A stretch of DNA of 64,000 nt from Candidatus Gottesmanbacteria bacterium GW2011_GWA2_43_14 (lineage in GTDB: Bacteria > Patescibacteriota > Microgenomatia > 2-02-FULL-39-11). Made by a program: the position numbers and the translations under genes. Under the pieces are notes generated by a model, which searched no databases, was not told where the DNA came from, and saw only the letters and a program-made list of their open reading frames with translations. Positions 1 through 7,862 of the stretch are shown here, in pieces; the stretch's first letter is position 1, and every line of letters begins with the position of its first letter. The stretch spans positions 93,437 through 157,436 of the forward strand of contig LCFP01000003.1 of assembly GCA_000999095.1 (NCBI GenBank), written 5' to 3'.

Positions 1-705
1 TTCCTTATAGTCCGTAAGGCTTGATGTATTAACCAGAGATACCCTCCGCAAGCTCCAATAATTTGATTTACTATTTTCCGGTCAGGATGAAAATTCCATT
101 GTTCTGTGTAGTGTTTTAGAAATTGCCTGCAGTCGTCTTTTCCATATAGCGGATATTTGGAAATATGATCGTAGAGAAAGGAACATTTATCTGACAGCTG
201 TTTGTATTTTGGGTCAGTTAAATCAATTTCTGAAAAGACAACAGCCGAAAAATTCTTACTTGTTCTGATTATATATTCGAAATCAATCAAGTCTTGGTAT
301 TTACCGGATTTAATTAGAGAAGTGATATGGGAAATGAAGAAACCAACCGCGTATCCTTTTCCAGCTAATTCATGAAGCAAGCCGGCTATATCTAAATCGG
401 CTAAATTTTTTTCGGATGTAATTTTTTTTGCCCGGCATATTTCCGCCAATCCTTCTCTAACTTCAGTTAACAAATTCCTGTTGTCTATCGGAACATACCT
501 TAATAAGTATCGCCTATAATATTTTCCTAGAAGCCTTTTTAATATTTTCTTGTTATTGATAATTTCAAGTACTCGGTATTCACAATCATCCTGTAGCTGA
601 ATAACCGTCCCGCACTCCGTATAACGGATGATATTCAGCCATTTACGGGCATTTTCCATGGTTGTTCCATCCGTAATTGGCGGTTCGGATATTTTGGTTT
701 TTTTC
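1..705 (-). CDS. hypothetical protein, N-terminal part only (runs off the window start)
   Basis: I translated the minus strand from the ATG at 705-703. The frame stays open to position 1 (MKKTKISEPPITDGTTMENARKWLNIIRYTECG...IGACGGYLWLIHQALRTIRK). It is absent from the ORF track because there is no in-window stop. I recognise no family. Confidence 0.4.
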
Positions 706-740
706 ATAATTTAGAGCTTTAAAACAATCCAAATCATAAA

Positions 741-800
741 AGTCAGGATTTTCCGTCAGATTATACGGATTTCCGTCAGGAAGTCAAATTTTCCTGACGC
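741..800. promoter_or_regulatory. candidate operator: three copies of a TTCCGTCAG half-site in the divergent intergenic region
   Basis: TTCCGTCAG at 751-759 and 771-779. CGTCAGGAA-N8-TTCCTGACG is a perfect 9-bp inverted repeat at 774-799. The region lies between the minus-strand CDS ending at 705 and the plus-strand CDS starting at 882. Confidence 0.3.
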
Positions 801-881
801 ATAATGACAAGCAAATGATAACCTCTTCCTATATTCTATGGGCTGAATTTCTTTCTTAACGGCGCGGAGCCGAAAAAAAGG

Positions 882-1865
882 ATGAAGTTCAGCTCTTTGA
901 CAGGAAGGAATAAATCAAGCCAGGAAGCGCCCTGTCTTGAACCAAATCAATCCGTGGAGGATAAAATGAACACCAGAAGAATTTTCTGGATATCTATCGT
1001 CGTAGTACTCTTGACAGCGGCCTGTACAGGCGGAAATACGCACGAAGTTCCCATACCCAATTCAAGCTCGGCTCCTGAAGAGGAGACTGAAAAGGAAACC
1101 TTCGAATTGGAAGAGTACGGGACCGTCGCAGTGACAGCCGGTGTATTACAAGCTGGGAAAAGTTACTATTTCGTTCCTGGCACAGCAGCCAGCGGAGGAA
1201 TATCCGTCTACTCGATTGCCCGAGGCGGGATCATCGGCTACCTCATTGAACGCCTGTTCGAAACCGGACCTGGCATGATCCAGGATCTGACCGAAGGCCC
1301 CCGAACTTTCTACTGGGACGGTCAGTTTACCTCGATCAACCGGGCAACCGGGGAGGTACGCATTTTTGCCCTGGAAGATGCCTATGCCGCCGAAGCCGAG
1401 GCTGAAAATGCCGGAGAAAACGAGGAAGCGAAAGCCAAAGAGGAGGAAAAGGTGTCTGAGTCTCGTCAACTCAAATTAGTGTTTATCTGCGAAGATGATC
1501 CATCTTGGATTTCCAATTTGACTGAGATATTTGTTGAGTTATTCGGCGCTGTAGTAAAAGTGTTCACCTCTTGTGAAGATATGTTAGTTCGTTTGGATTC
1601 CGGTGAAAACCCAGATCTATTTATTGTTGATCATCACTTGGCCGGCGCAATTGGAGGTCCCAAGTGCACCGAAGAGATAAGAATCCGGAGACCTAAGGCC
1701 GTGATAATGGGTTTTCCCGGCGATAAAGGACGCAAGTCAGATGAAGGGGTTACAGTCGAGCAAAGGTTTATCGATAACGGAGCAAATTCTGTCATCGAGA
1801 AAGGAGATACTGATAGTTTTAGCAAAATTACGGATTTCGTCAAAGAAAATTTTGATACACAATAA
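882..1865 (+). CDS. putative lipoprotein with acidic linker and a C-terminal CheY-like receiver domain
   Basis: A downstream start (MNTRRIFWISIVVVLLTAAC) gives an RR n-region, h-region and a lipobox-like LTAAC. Low-complexity E/A/K segment follows. C-terminus shows KLVFICEDD, DLFIVDHH (candidate phospho-Asp), VIMGFPGD and VIEKG, which is the spacing of receiver beta1/beta3/beta4/beta5 motifs. Confidence 0.5.
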   Translation: MKFSSLTGRNKSSQEAPCLEPNQSVEDKMNTRRIFWISIVVVLLTAACTGGNTHEVPIPNSSSAPEEETEKETFELEEYGTVAVTAGVLQAGKSYYFVPGTAASGGISVYSIARGGIIGYLIERLFETGPGMIQDLTEGPRTFYWDGQFTSINRATGEVRIFALEDAYAAEAEAENAGENEEAKAKEEEKVSESRQLKLVFICEDDPSWISNLTEIFVELFGAVVKVFTSCEDMLVRLDSGENPDLFIVDHHLAGAIGGPKCTEEIRIRRPKAVIMGFPGDKGRKSDEGVTVEQRFIDNGANSVIEKGDTDSFSKITDFVKENFDTQ

Positions 1866-1876
1866 CGAGTTTTTCC

Positions 1877-1895
1877 TTCCTGTCAACTGACAGGG
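1877..1895. repeat. perfect hairpin CCTGTCA-AC-TGACAGG downstream of the 882..1865 gene
   Basis: Read directly. A second hairpin GGCGCC-TGA-GGCGC follows at 1899-1912. Neither is followed immediately by a T-tract; a T-run sits at 1946-1951. Confidence 0.25.
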
Positions 1896-1972
1896 ATCGG
1901 TGGCGCCTGAGGCGCTTCTCAAACCATCGATTCCTGTCAATTTTTTAAGTGATGAAATCGGGGTAGCGGGGA

Positions 1973-2404
1973 TTAAAATTCATTTATGCTTCGCAGATAC
2001 TGAAGGAAGTTTCCCGGTTTAATTACAATTATCCTCAAATCATTTTCGATTTTGTTTGCTTTATAATGCCGGCTGTTATGTGAAAGTAAGAATTTAGACT
2101 TTGATAGGTAGGCTCCGGCAACAAGATGCGAGTCTTTTTCGTCAATGACATAATCCCCATAATTTTTGATTAAATCTTTTTTGGTCATATCTAAAGCGAT
2201 TGTTTTGAGATTGTTGAGGATTTTTACGGTGCTCTGAGCTTCAATATTAAGTCTTTCTCCCACTTCTTTTACCTCTTGTGAGACAGTATTAGTAATTATT
2301 TTTTCAATTTTGGGAATATTAATGACGTTAAAGGAAGCGCCGGTTTTTGAAAGTAAGGAGGATATGATGACATCAGTATCTAGAAAGACCTGGATTTTTG
2401 CCAT
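1973..2404 (-). CDS. PIN-domain ribonuclease toxin (VapC-like)
   Basis: N-terminal VFLDTDVII acidic motif typical of the PIN fold. Size about 140 aa. Overlaps the upstream HTH gene by 25 nt. Confidence 0.6.
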   Translation of the reverse strand: MAKIQVFLDTDVIISSLLSKTGASFNVINIPKIEKIITNTVSQEVKEVGERLNIEAQSTVKILNNLKTIALDMTKKDLIKNYGDYVIDEKDSHLVAGAYLSKSKFLLSHNSRHYKANKIENDLRIIVIKPGNFLQYLRSINEF

Positions 2405-2655
2405 AGCTTTTGACGGACATCTCTGATAGTTTCATTCACTTTGTCCAAAGCGGCCTCATCCGACTTTTGGGCTTTTAATATATCCTCATCCATCCCGGTG
2501 AAGACAAAGGAAATTGAACTTGCGGGAATTCGATACACCTTGCCGATTTTTTTGGCAATAATTTCTCCTCTGCCGATCAGCTCATAAATGGTGTTTTTGC
2601 TCAACTGGAGTATTTCTGCTACCTGTTCCGGTGTGTACGTTCTTGGTTGTAACAT
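2380..2655 (-). CDS. HTH DNA-binding antitoxin (excisionase/MerR-like helix-turn-helix)
   Basis: TPEQVAEILQLSKNTIYELIGRGEIIAKKIGKVYRI is a classic HTH-17/excisionase-type motif. The gene is small and sits directly upstream of, and overlapping, the PIN gene. Confidence 0.5.
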   Translation of the reverse strand: MLQPRTYTPEQVAEILQLSKNTIYELIGRGEIIAKKIGKVYRIPASSISFVFTGMDEDILKAQKSDEAALDKVNETIRDVRQKLWQKSRSF

Positions 2656-2736
2656 GACTATTTTATATCAAACATGACTAAAAATGTCAATATGGAATAA
2701 AAGCATTCTAAAACCATCGATTACTGTTAAAATTTT

Positions 2737-3141
2737 TTATGGCTCGAGACGGATTTTCGGGGATAACTTATCGAAATCTTTATCGAATGAAAGGAGTTTC
2801 TTATTTTCGTTTTTGGCAGTTGTCCAGATTATCAAATCGACAAGGTCAATCTTATTTAACCGGTATATATTCAAGACTTCAAAGATCACTTCTTTTTCTT
2901 TAACCACCATCCAATCAGGGGAAAATAAAGTTAATATTTTACGGCAAGCTTCTTCCCGGGAAAGTTCATACCAATTTTCCAGTTGATAAATCATTTCCAC
3001 TACTGTCAGCGGTAATATTTCAAACTGAAATTTGCCTTCATCTGCTTCCAGAAACCTTTTTTTTACTTTTTCCGCCTGGGCGGGAACATCATTAGTCAAG
3101 TATCTCAGAATAATATTGGTATCCAAAAGGACACTTTTCAT
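2737..3141 (-). CDS. vapC: PIN-domain toxin VapC
   Basis: LLDTNIIL at the N-terminus and SFDKDF near the C-terminus are the conserved PIN acidic residues. 4-nt overlap with the upstream antitoxin gene. Confidence 0.65.
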   Translation of the reverse strand: MKSVLLDTNIILRYLTNDVPAQAEKVKKRFLEADEGKFQFEILPLTVVEMIYQLENWYELSREEACRKILTLFSPDWMVVKEKEVIFEVLNIYRLNKIDLVDLIIWTTAKNENKKLLSFDKDFDKLSPKIRLEP

Positions 3142-3395
3142 TTGTGTGTTCCCGGTTTTTTGCGGGATGACAAGTAATCAATAAACTGCCTTCTCATTTT
3201 TTTCAAATCTTCGGGTTTACTTTTCGGCTTGACGCTGCCCATCAGAGAGAAAAAGTCAGGCAGAGTATGGATGACAATTTTGTCGTCTTCTTTCATAATC
3301 ATGACTTTATCCTGCGGATCGACACCCAGTTTTTTTCTAATTTCCGAAGGTATAGTTACTTGTCCCTTTATATTTACTACCGAATATCCAATCAT
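3138..3395 (-). CDS. vapB: AbrB/MazE/SpoVT-type antitoxin (VapB-like)
   Basis: KGQVTIPSEIRKKLGV is the swapped-hairpin AbrB/MazE DNA-binding motif. 85 aa. Translationally coupled to the PIN gene. Confidence 0.6.
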   Translation of the reverse strand: MIGYSVVNIKGQVTIPSEIRKKLGVDPQDKVMIMKEDDKIVIHTLPDFFSLMGSVKPKSKPEDLKKMRRQFIDYLSSRKKPGTHK

Positions 3396-3426
3396 GATAC
3401 GATAATAAAATATGTATTACATTATG

Positions 3427-4692
3427 TCAAGTAGTAATACTATTGGTATACAGATCTTCCAGTTCCTTGACGCCGCCGAAGGCAATGCGGTCGAGAACAA
3501 GCTTATCCATCCCCAGCATCAGAGCCGGTGTGATGACGAACTCGCCGAAGCGGTCGTTGATTTTGTCCGCAGCATCAGTTGCGTCCCGCTGCCTGGTTTT
3601 TTCCGTCCGGAAAAGCTCTTCCTGGACAAATTTTTTCTCCGCCAGGCCAAAACAACTGACAGCCAGCTTGGCCACTTTTTTTGCTTGATTGGGCCGGCGG
3701 TTAAAAACCAGCATGACTTTTTTGAACAGTTCTCCCGTGGTATACATTTCCGTTGAGAAAGTTGCCCCCTGGTGCCAGTGGGTATAGTCGGTGTAGATGA
3801 CGGAAACATGGATGCCCGAAGCGGTATAGCCGTGGCGGCGGAGGCGACGGCCCATCTTTTCCGTCAGCTTCATCAAAAGCCGGGCCAGCTCTTTTTTGTC
3901 CGAGGTGAATTGGCCCAAGGCATAAGACTGGCCGAAGCTTTTGCGGCCAAACTCGACGGCATCAATCTCCCAGCCCCGCAGTCTTAAGTACCAGTAATGG
4001 CCGACAATGCTGCGGAAAACCTGCTTGACCAGAAGGTCGCGCGGGCTTTTAAGAAAATCCAAAGGAGTGAAAATGCCGTGGGCGTTGAGCCTGGCCTGGT
4101 AGCGGGTATTGATGCCGCAAAGATCGACCAGAGTCACCTGCCGGTAAACATTTTCCAGATTTTGCCAGGTAACCGTTTCCAGACCGTCCGGCTTTTTCAA
4201 AGAAGCGGCCAGTTTGGAGAGGAAGCGGTTGGTCGAAATGCCGACCGAGACGGTAATCCAGTCGCCGATTTCCTTTTTAATGCGTTTTTTTATCTGACTG
4301 CCGACATCCTCCAGGGATTTGTTTTGAAGCGGCATGGAGGTAAAGTCGAGAACAGCCTCATCAATTGATTTGGGGAAGACGTCAGGTGAATATTCCCTGA
4401 AGAGCCGGCTGAACTTGAGGTGGATGTCCCGGTATTTGGGAGGATCGGGCGGCAGGACGATAATATCCCGGCAGAGAAATCTGGCTTCCCGCACGTTCAT
4501 GCCCACTCTGATGCCGTATCTTTTGGCTTCGACAGAAGGAGCGACCACACAGCCGTTGCCCGTAGTGTAGGCGGCCACCGCCACCGGTTTGCCGCGCAAA
4601 AGGGGATTGGCCTGCTGTTCGGCTGTCGCGAAACAGGAATTCATGTCGATGTGCATGACCCGCGGCTCGTTGCGGTTAAGAGGCAAGTCCAT
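3427..4692 (-). CDS. umuC: Y-family translesion DNA polymerase, UmuC-like
   Basis: HIDMNSCFATAE (UmuC-type D-x-N variant of the DMDCFFA motif), SIDEAVLDFT (catalytic D/E) and LCGINTRYQARLNAHGI little-finger region. A likely true start is MHIDMN near 4656. Confidence 0.8.
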   Translation of the reverse strand: MDLPLNRNEPRVMHIDMNSCFATAEQQANPLLRGKPVAVAAYTTGNGCVVAPSVEAKRYGIRVGMNVREARFLCRDIIVLPPDPPKYRDIHLKFSRLFREYSPDVFPKSIDEAVLDFTSMPLQNKSLEDVGSQIKKRIKKEIGDWITVSVGISTNRFLSKLAASLKKPDGLETVTWQNLENVYRQVTLVDLCGINTRYQARLNAHGIFTPLDFLKSPRDLLVKQVFRSIVGHYWYLRLRGWEIDAVEFGRKSFGQSYALGQFTSDKKELARLLMKLTEKMGRRLRRHGYTASGIHVSVIYTDYTHWHQGATFSTEMYTTGELFKKVMLVFNRRPNQAKKVAKLAVSCFGLAEKKFVQEELFRTEKTRQRDATDAADKINDRFGEFVITPALMLGMDKLVLDRIAFGGVKELEDLYTNSITT

Positions 4693-4954
4693 CGCTCACC
4701 TCCGTCAGTGTCCAGAAAAGGGTTTCGGTGTCGAACTCCAGTTTGAAAGCCAGGGAATTGTTGCAGACGGAGAAAATATGCAGGAGTTTTTTGCCTTGTT
4801 TGACTTTGTGGTGGTAGCCGATTTTCTCAATGGTATAAAGGCGGCCCTGCCATTTGATTTTCCTGGGGGTAACCGTCCTTTTTTCCCGGTCAAAGACCGT
4901 CACCACGCTGACTTTCTCGTTGATTTTCTCGTTCATAAAAATGCCCGTCCCCAA
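4676..4954 (-). CDS. small hypothetical protein between lexA and the Y-family polymerase
   Basis: 92-aa ORF overlapping the polymerase start, consistent with translational coupling. I recognise no family. By position it could be an accessory subunit, which is inference. Confidence 0.4.
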   Translation of the reverse strand: MGTGIFMNEKINEKVSVVTVFDREKRTVTPRKIKWQGRLYTIEKIGYHHKVKQGKKLLHIFSVCNNSLAFKLEFDTETLFWTLTEVSDGLAS

Positions 4955-4961
4955 GCGGAAT

Positions 4962-5534
4962 TCAGTGATATTTCCGGACTACAGAGATAACGATGCCGAA
5001 GAGAGTAAGATTTTCCGCAGGGAAGAGGGGCGAATATTTGCTGTTGCCCGGCGCCAGAAAGACCAGATTGTCCCTTTTGCGGAAATATTTCAGGGTGAAT
5101 TCGCCGTCGATTGAAGCCACCACGATGTCGCCCTCTTTGGGTTCACGGTCCTTTTCCACGATAACCACGTCTCCTTCCTGGATGCCGGCCTCGATCATGG
5201 AATCGCCGGAAACCCGCAAAAGATATGATTTTTCCGGTTTGGCCACCAGGTAATCGTCAAAGGAAACCGAGGACAGGATCTGTTCGTCGGCAGCCGTCGG
5301 GCTGCCGGCACGGATGATGCCTAAAACCGGCAGGGAAGGCAGGAGGCGGTCGGGAATGAGCCTGCCTTTATCGTCTTTGCCCAGAATGCCGGCTTCGATG
5401 AGTTTGGCCGCCAGCTTAAAACTGGCATGTTTGGAGGCAAAACCGAAAAGGCGGCACATTTCCTGATAAGAGGGGAGCCGTTTGTTTTTGCGGAAAAAGC
5501 GGCGGATTTTTTGGGTGGCAGACTCGATGTCCAT
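4962..5534 (-). CDS. lexA: LexA repressor (S24 peptidase)
   Basis: N-terminal wHTH, Ala-Gly cleavage site (IRAGSP), VSGDSMIEAGIQEGD (catalytic Ser) and TLKYFRKRD (catalytic Lys). 190 aa. Confidence 0.8.
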   Translation of the reverse strand: MDIESATQKIRRFFRKNKRLPSYQEMCRLFGFASKHASFKLAAKLIEAGILGKDDKGRLIPDRLLPSLPVLGIIRAGSPTAADEQILSSVSFDDYLVAKPEKSYLLRVSGDSMIEAGIQEGDVVIVEKDREPKEGDIVVASIDGEFTLKYFRKRDNLVFLAPGNSKYSPLFPAENLTLFGIVISVVRKYH

Positions 5535-5535
5535 A

Positions 5536-5700
5536 CTATATTAAAAGAAGCTGTCCTCCGCTTTTAAGAATCAATTCCTGCCTGGCTTCCAGGGCCAGCT
5601 GTTTGACGGTTTTAATTTTGCCCTGGCGCAGGGCTTTTATCTGTTTCTGAAAACGCAGGTAGGTGGCCGAGAGTCTGTCAACAGGATAGTTTTTTTTCAT
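5536..5700 (-). CDS. 54-aa basic small ORF immediately upstream of lexA
   Basis: I translated the minus strand (MKKNYPVDRLSATYLRFQKQIKALRQGKIKTVKQLALEARQELILKSGGQLLLI). Its stop lies 2 nt before the lexA start. Below the ORF-track size threshold. Only weak evidence that it is coding. Confidence 0.25.
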   Translation of the reverse strand: MKKNYPVDRLSATYLRFQKQIKALRQGKIKTVKQLALEARQELILKSGGQLLLI

Positions 5701-5717
5701 AAGCCAATGTCATTATA

Positions 5718-5733
5718 GTGAACGATCGTTCAC
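5718..5733. promoter_or_regulatory. candidate LexA operator (Cheo-box type GAAC-N4-GTTC), perfect 16-bp palindrome GTGAACGATCGTTCAC
   Basis: Read directly. It matches the GAAC-N4-GTTC Gram-positive-type SOS box. It lies in the divergent region upstream of the minus-strand small ORF/lexA/umuC-like operon and of the plus-strand flavodoxin gene. Confidence 0.5.
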
Positions 5734-5780
5734 CTGTCAAGGGGAAGAAGTGCTTGTCAGGAAATTGGCGTTATAGTACC

Positions 5781-6251
5781 ATGGATGATATGAAAATTGC
5801 CATTGTTTACGCCACCAATTCCGGCGGGACGCAGCTGGCGGCGCAGATAGTTGCGGAAACTTTCGCCAAACACAACCTGACGGCGGAAATAAAAGAAGTT
5901 CAGGGCAGTATGCCTGCCGATTTAAAAAATTATGACCTGGTCATCCTGGCCTCACCCAGCTGGGATTATGAAGGCCTGGAAGGCGAGCCCCATCCGGATT
6001 ACCGCCCGTTTATGGAAAAATTCAAGGGAGAGGATTTCAGCGGACGGAAATTTGCCGTTTTCGGGCTGGGGGATTCATCCTATACTTATTTTTGCGGAGC
6101 GGTCCAGCATCTGGAAGACTTTGTCAAATCGCTAAAAGGTGAACTGGTGACTCAATCACTGCGCATTGACGGTTTTTATCTGGACCAACAGAAAAGTTCT
6201 CAGCAGTTGACTGATTGGACTGAAAGCCTTGTCACTCATCTCAATGGATAA
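5781..6251 (+). CDS. flavodoxin
   Basis: KIAIVYATNSGGTQ (FMN phosphate-binding loop), ILASPSWDYEG and FAVFGLGDSSY. The ORF-track start at 5718 would read through the palindrome; the start at MDDMKIAIVY is more plausible. Confidence 0.75.
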   Translation: MDDMKIAIVYATNSGGTQLAAQIVAETFAKHNLTAEIKEVQGSMPADLKNYDLVILASPSWDYEGLEGEPHPDYRPFMEKFKGEDFSGRKFAVFGLGDSSYTYFCGAVQHLEDFVKSLKGELVTQSLRIDGFYLDQQKSSQQLTDWTESLVTHLNG

Positions 6252-6804
6252 ATCACCTGTCCATCTTCCCCACAGAGTAATAACAGTTTCAGGCCGTGTT
6301 GCCAGTGGTGCCACGACTCTCTCCAGGGAACTGGCTAAAAAACTTCATTGGATCCTCTGGAACGGCGGGGAAATCTACCGGCAGTATGCCAGAGAGAAAA
6401 AAATTCCCCTGGAAAGGACGGATCTGTCTCCCGATGGTTACCACCTGAAACTGGACGAATACATCAAAGAAAAACTTGCGACAGAAAAAAATCTGATCAT
6501 GGAATCATGGCTGTCGGGATTTAATGCCCAGGGAATTGACGGTGTTTTTAAAATATTTATAGTTTGTTCTGTCGATTCCGTGCGGGTGGACAGACTGGTC
6601 AACCGGGAAAAAATCACCATTGATGAGGCAAAGTTGCATTTAAAGAGGCGGGAGGAGGAAAATATCAAGAAGTGGAAAAAATTGTACAAAACGGCTGATT
6701 TCTGGAATCCCGACCATTACGATCTGATAATTGATACTTACCAGAACGGTCCAACCGAAACCCTGGAGATAGCCCTGAAGGCTGCGGGTTACTACACCCT
6801 CTGA
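6229..6804 (+). CDS. cytidylate-kinase-like P-loop NTPase (archaeal-type CMP kinase family)
   Basis: ITVSGRVASGATTLSRELAKKL is a P-loop variant, and the architecture resembles short (d)CMP kinases. 191 aa. Confidence 0.5.
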   Translation: MSLISMDKSPVHLPHRVITVSGRVASGATTLSRELAKKLHWILWNGGEIYRQYAREKKIPLERTDLSPDGYHLKLDEYIKEKLATEKNLIMESWLSGFNAQGIDGVFKIFIVCSVDSVRVDRLVNREKITIDEAKLHLKRREEENIKKWKKLYKTADFWNPDHYDLIIDTYQNGPTETLEIALKAAGYYTL

Positions 6805-7241
6805 CTGTCGATCAGGATTGTAACCGGGCCGTCATTGGTAAGTTCGATGTCCATATAGGCACCGAAACGGCCGGCGGCCACTTTTTTAACACCCAGTTTA
6901 CGGAGAACGCCTATAAAAAATTCATACAGTTTTTCCGCCTTTTCCGGCCCGGCACTATCGGTAAAAGAAGGCCTGCGGCCGGCGGAAGTGTCGGCGAAAA
7001 GGGTAAACTGGCTGACAACCAAAATTTCCCCGCCCACGTCCAAAACCGAGCGGTTCATCCTGTTCTCCGTATCCGGCATGATTCTCAGATGAACTGTTTT
7101 GGCGGCCAAAGTTTCAGCCTCTTTTTCCGTGTCATCTTTGGCTATACCTATCAGAAGTAAGAGTCCTATGCCGATTTCACCTAAAACAGCTCCTTCTGAT
7201 GCTACTTTTGCCTTTTTAACTCTTTGGATGAGAATTCTCAC
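6792..7241 (-). CDS. dtd: D-aminoacyl-tRNA deacylase
   Basis: MRILIQRV start, VVSQFTLFAD (SQFTL motif) and GAYMDIELTNDGPVT. 149 aa. Confidence 0.85.
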   Translation of the reverse strand: MRILIQRVKKAKVASEGAVLGEIGIGLLLLIGIAKDDTEKEAETLAAKTVHLRIMPDTENRMNRSVLDVGGEILVVSQFTLFADTSAGRRPSFTDSAGPEKAEKLYEFFIGVLRKLGVKKVAAGRFGAYMDIELTNDGPVTILIDSQRV

Positions 7242-7310
7242 TATTTTCAGACAAAAAGAAAGGAGCGAATAAAATTCGCTTTATCCTTTCTTTTTAGTTA
7301 AACGCAAAAC

Positions 7311-7769
7311 TTATCTGGTAACTGAAATACTGACTCCAAGTTCTGCGCTGGGTGCAGTCACAGTAACTCTATTGTCTGTGGTGCTACTTACAACTGTATA
7401 ACCGGTATTGTATCCAGAACCTACAGAACAGTCGGTGATGTTGTTTCCGCCAAGCGACGGATCCTGCGGTAAAGCAGCCATATATTGCGTAATAAGATCA
7501 GTGCAGATATTGGCACCGGCTTCACTGATATTTTGGACTGTACCTGTGATTCCGACTGGTAAAGCACCCCTGTTATCAGCAGCAAACTGATGAATGGCAT
7601 TTAAAATGGCATTAACATTGCTGCTTCTTTGGGTGTTATTGGCCTGGGAGAATTGTCTGGCCGGATTGATGGCGATTAATGTAATGGCCAAAAGGGTAGC
7701 CAGGATTCCTATAACAACCAGGAGTTCGATAAGCGTGAATCCCCGGTTGCGGGCAGTTAAATTCTTCAT
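7311..7769 (-). CDS. type IV pilin (probable major pilin)
   Basis: Class III signal RNRGFTLIELLVVIGILATL, G followed by FTLIE with Glu at +5. Ser/Thr-rich C-terminal domain. Strong SD GGGAGGTGA upstream. Confidence 0.7.
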   Translation of the reverse strand: MKNLTARNRGFTLIELLVVIGILATLLAITLIAINPARQFSQANNTQRSSNVNAILNAIHQFAADNRGALPVGITGTVQNISEAGANICTDLITQYMAALPQDPSLGGNNITDCSVGSGYNTGYTVVSSTTDNRVTVTAPSAELGVSISVTR

Positions 7770-7862
7770 TAATTAATCACCTCCCTTCAAAAAAGAGTAC
7801 TATATCCAAGCTACTATGTACTGACGACTTTTGTCAACCACAATTATCATAATATCCCGGTT

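Noticed and set aside
1899-1951. Intrinsic terminator after the 882-1865 gene
   Set aside because: Hairpins are present (CCTGTCA-AC-TGACAGG; GGCGCC-TGA-GGCGC), but neither is directly followed by a U-tract. I kept them only as a low-confidence repeat feature.
3412-4368. Plus-strand ORFs of 114 and 123 aa opposite the Y-family polymerase
   Set aside because: Antisense to a CDS with strong family motifs, and no independent support.
5718-5780. ORF-track start of flavodoxin at 5718 (MNDRSPVKGKK...)
   Set aside because: That extension would translate through the GAAC-N4-GTTC palindrome. The conserved flavodoxin N-terminus begins at MDDMKIAIVY (5781).
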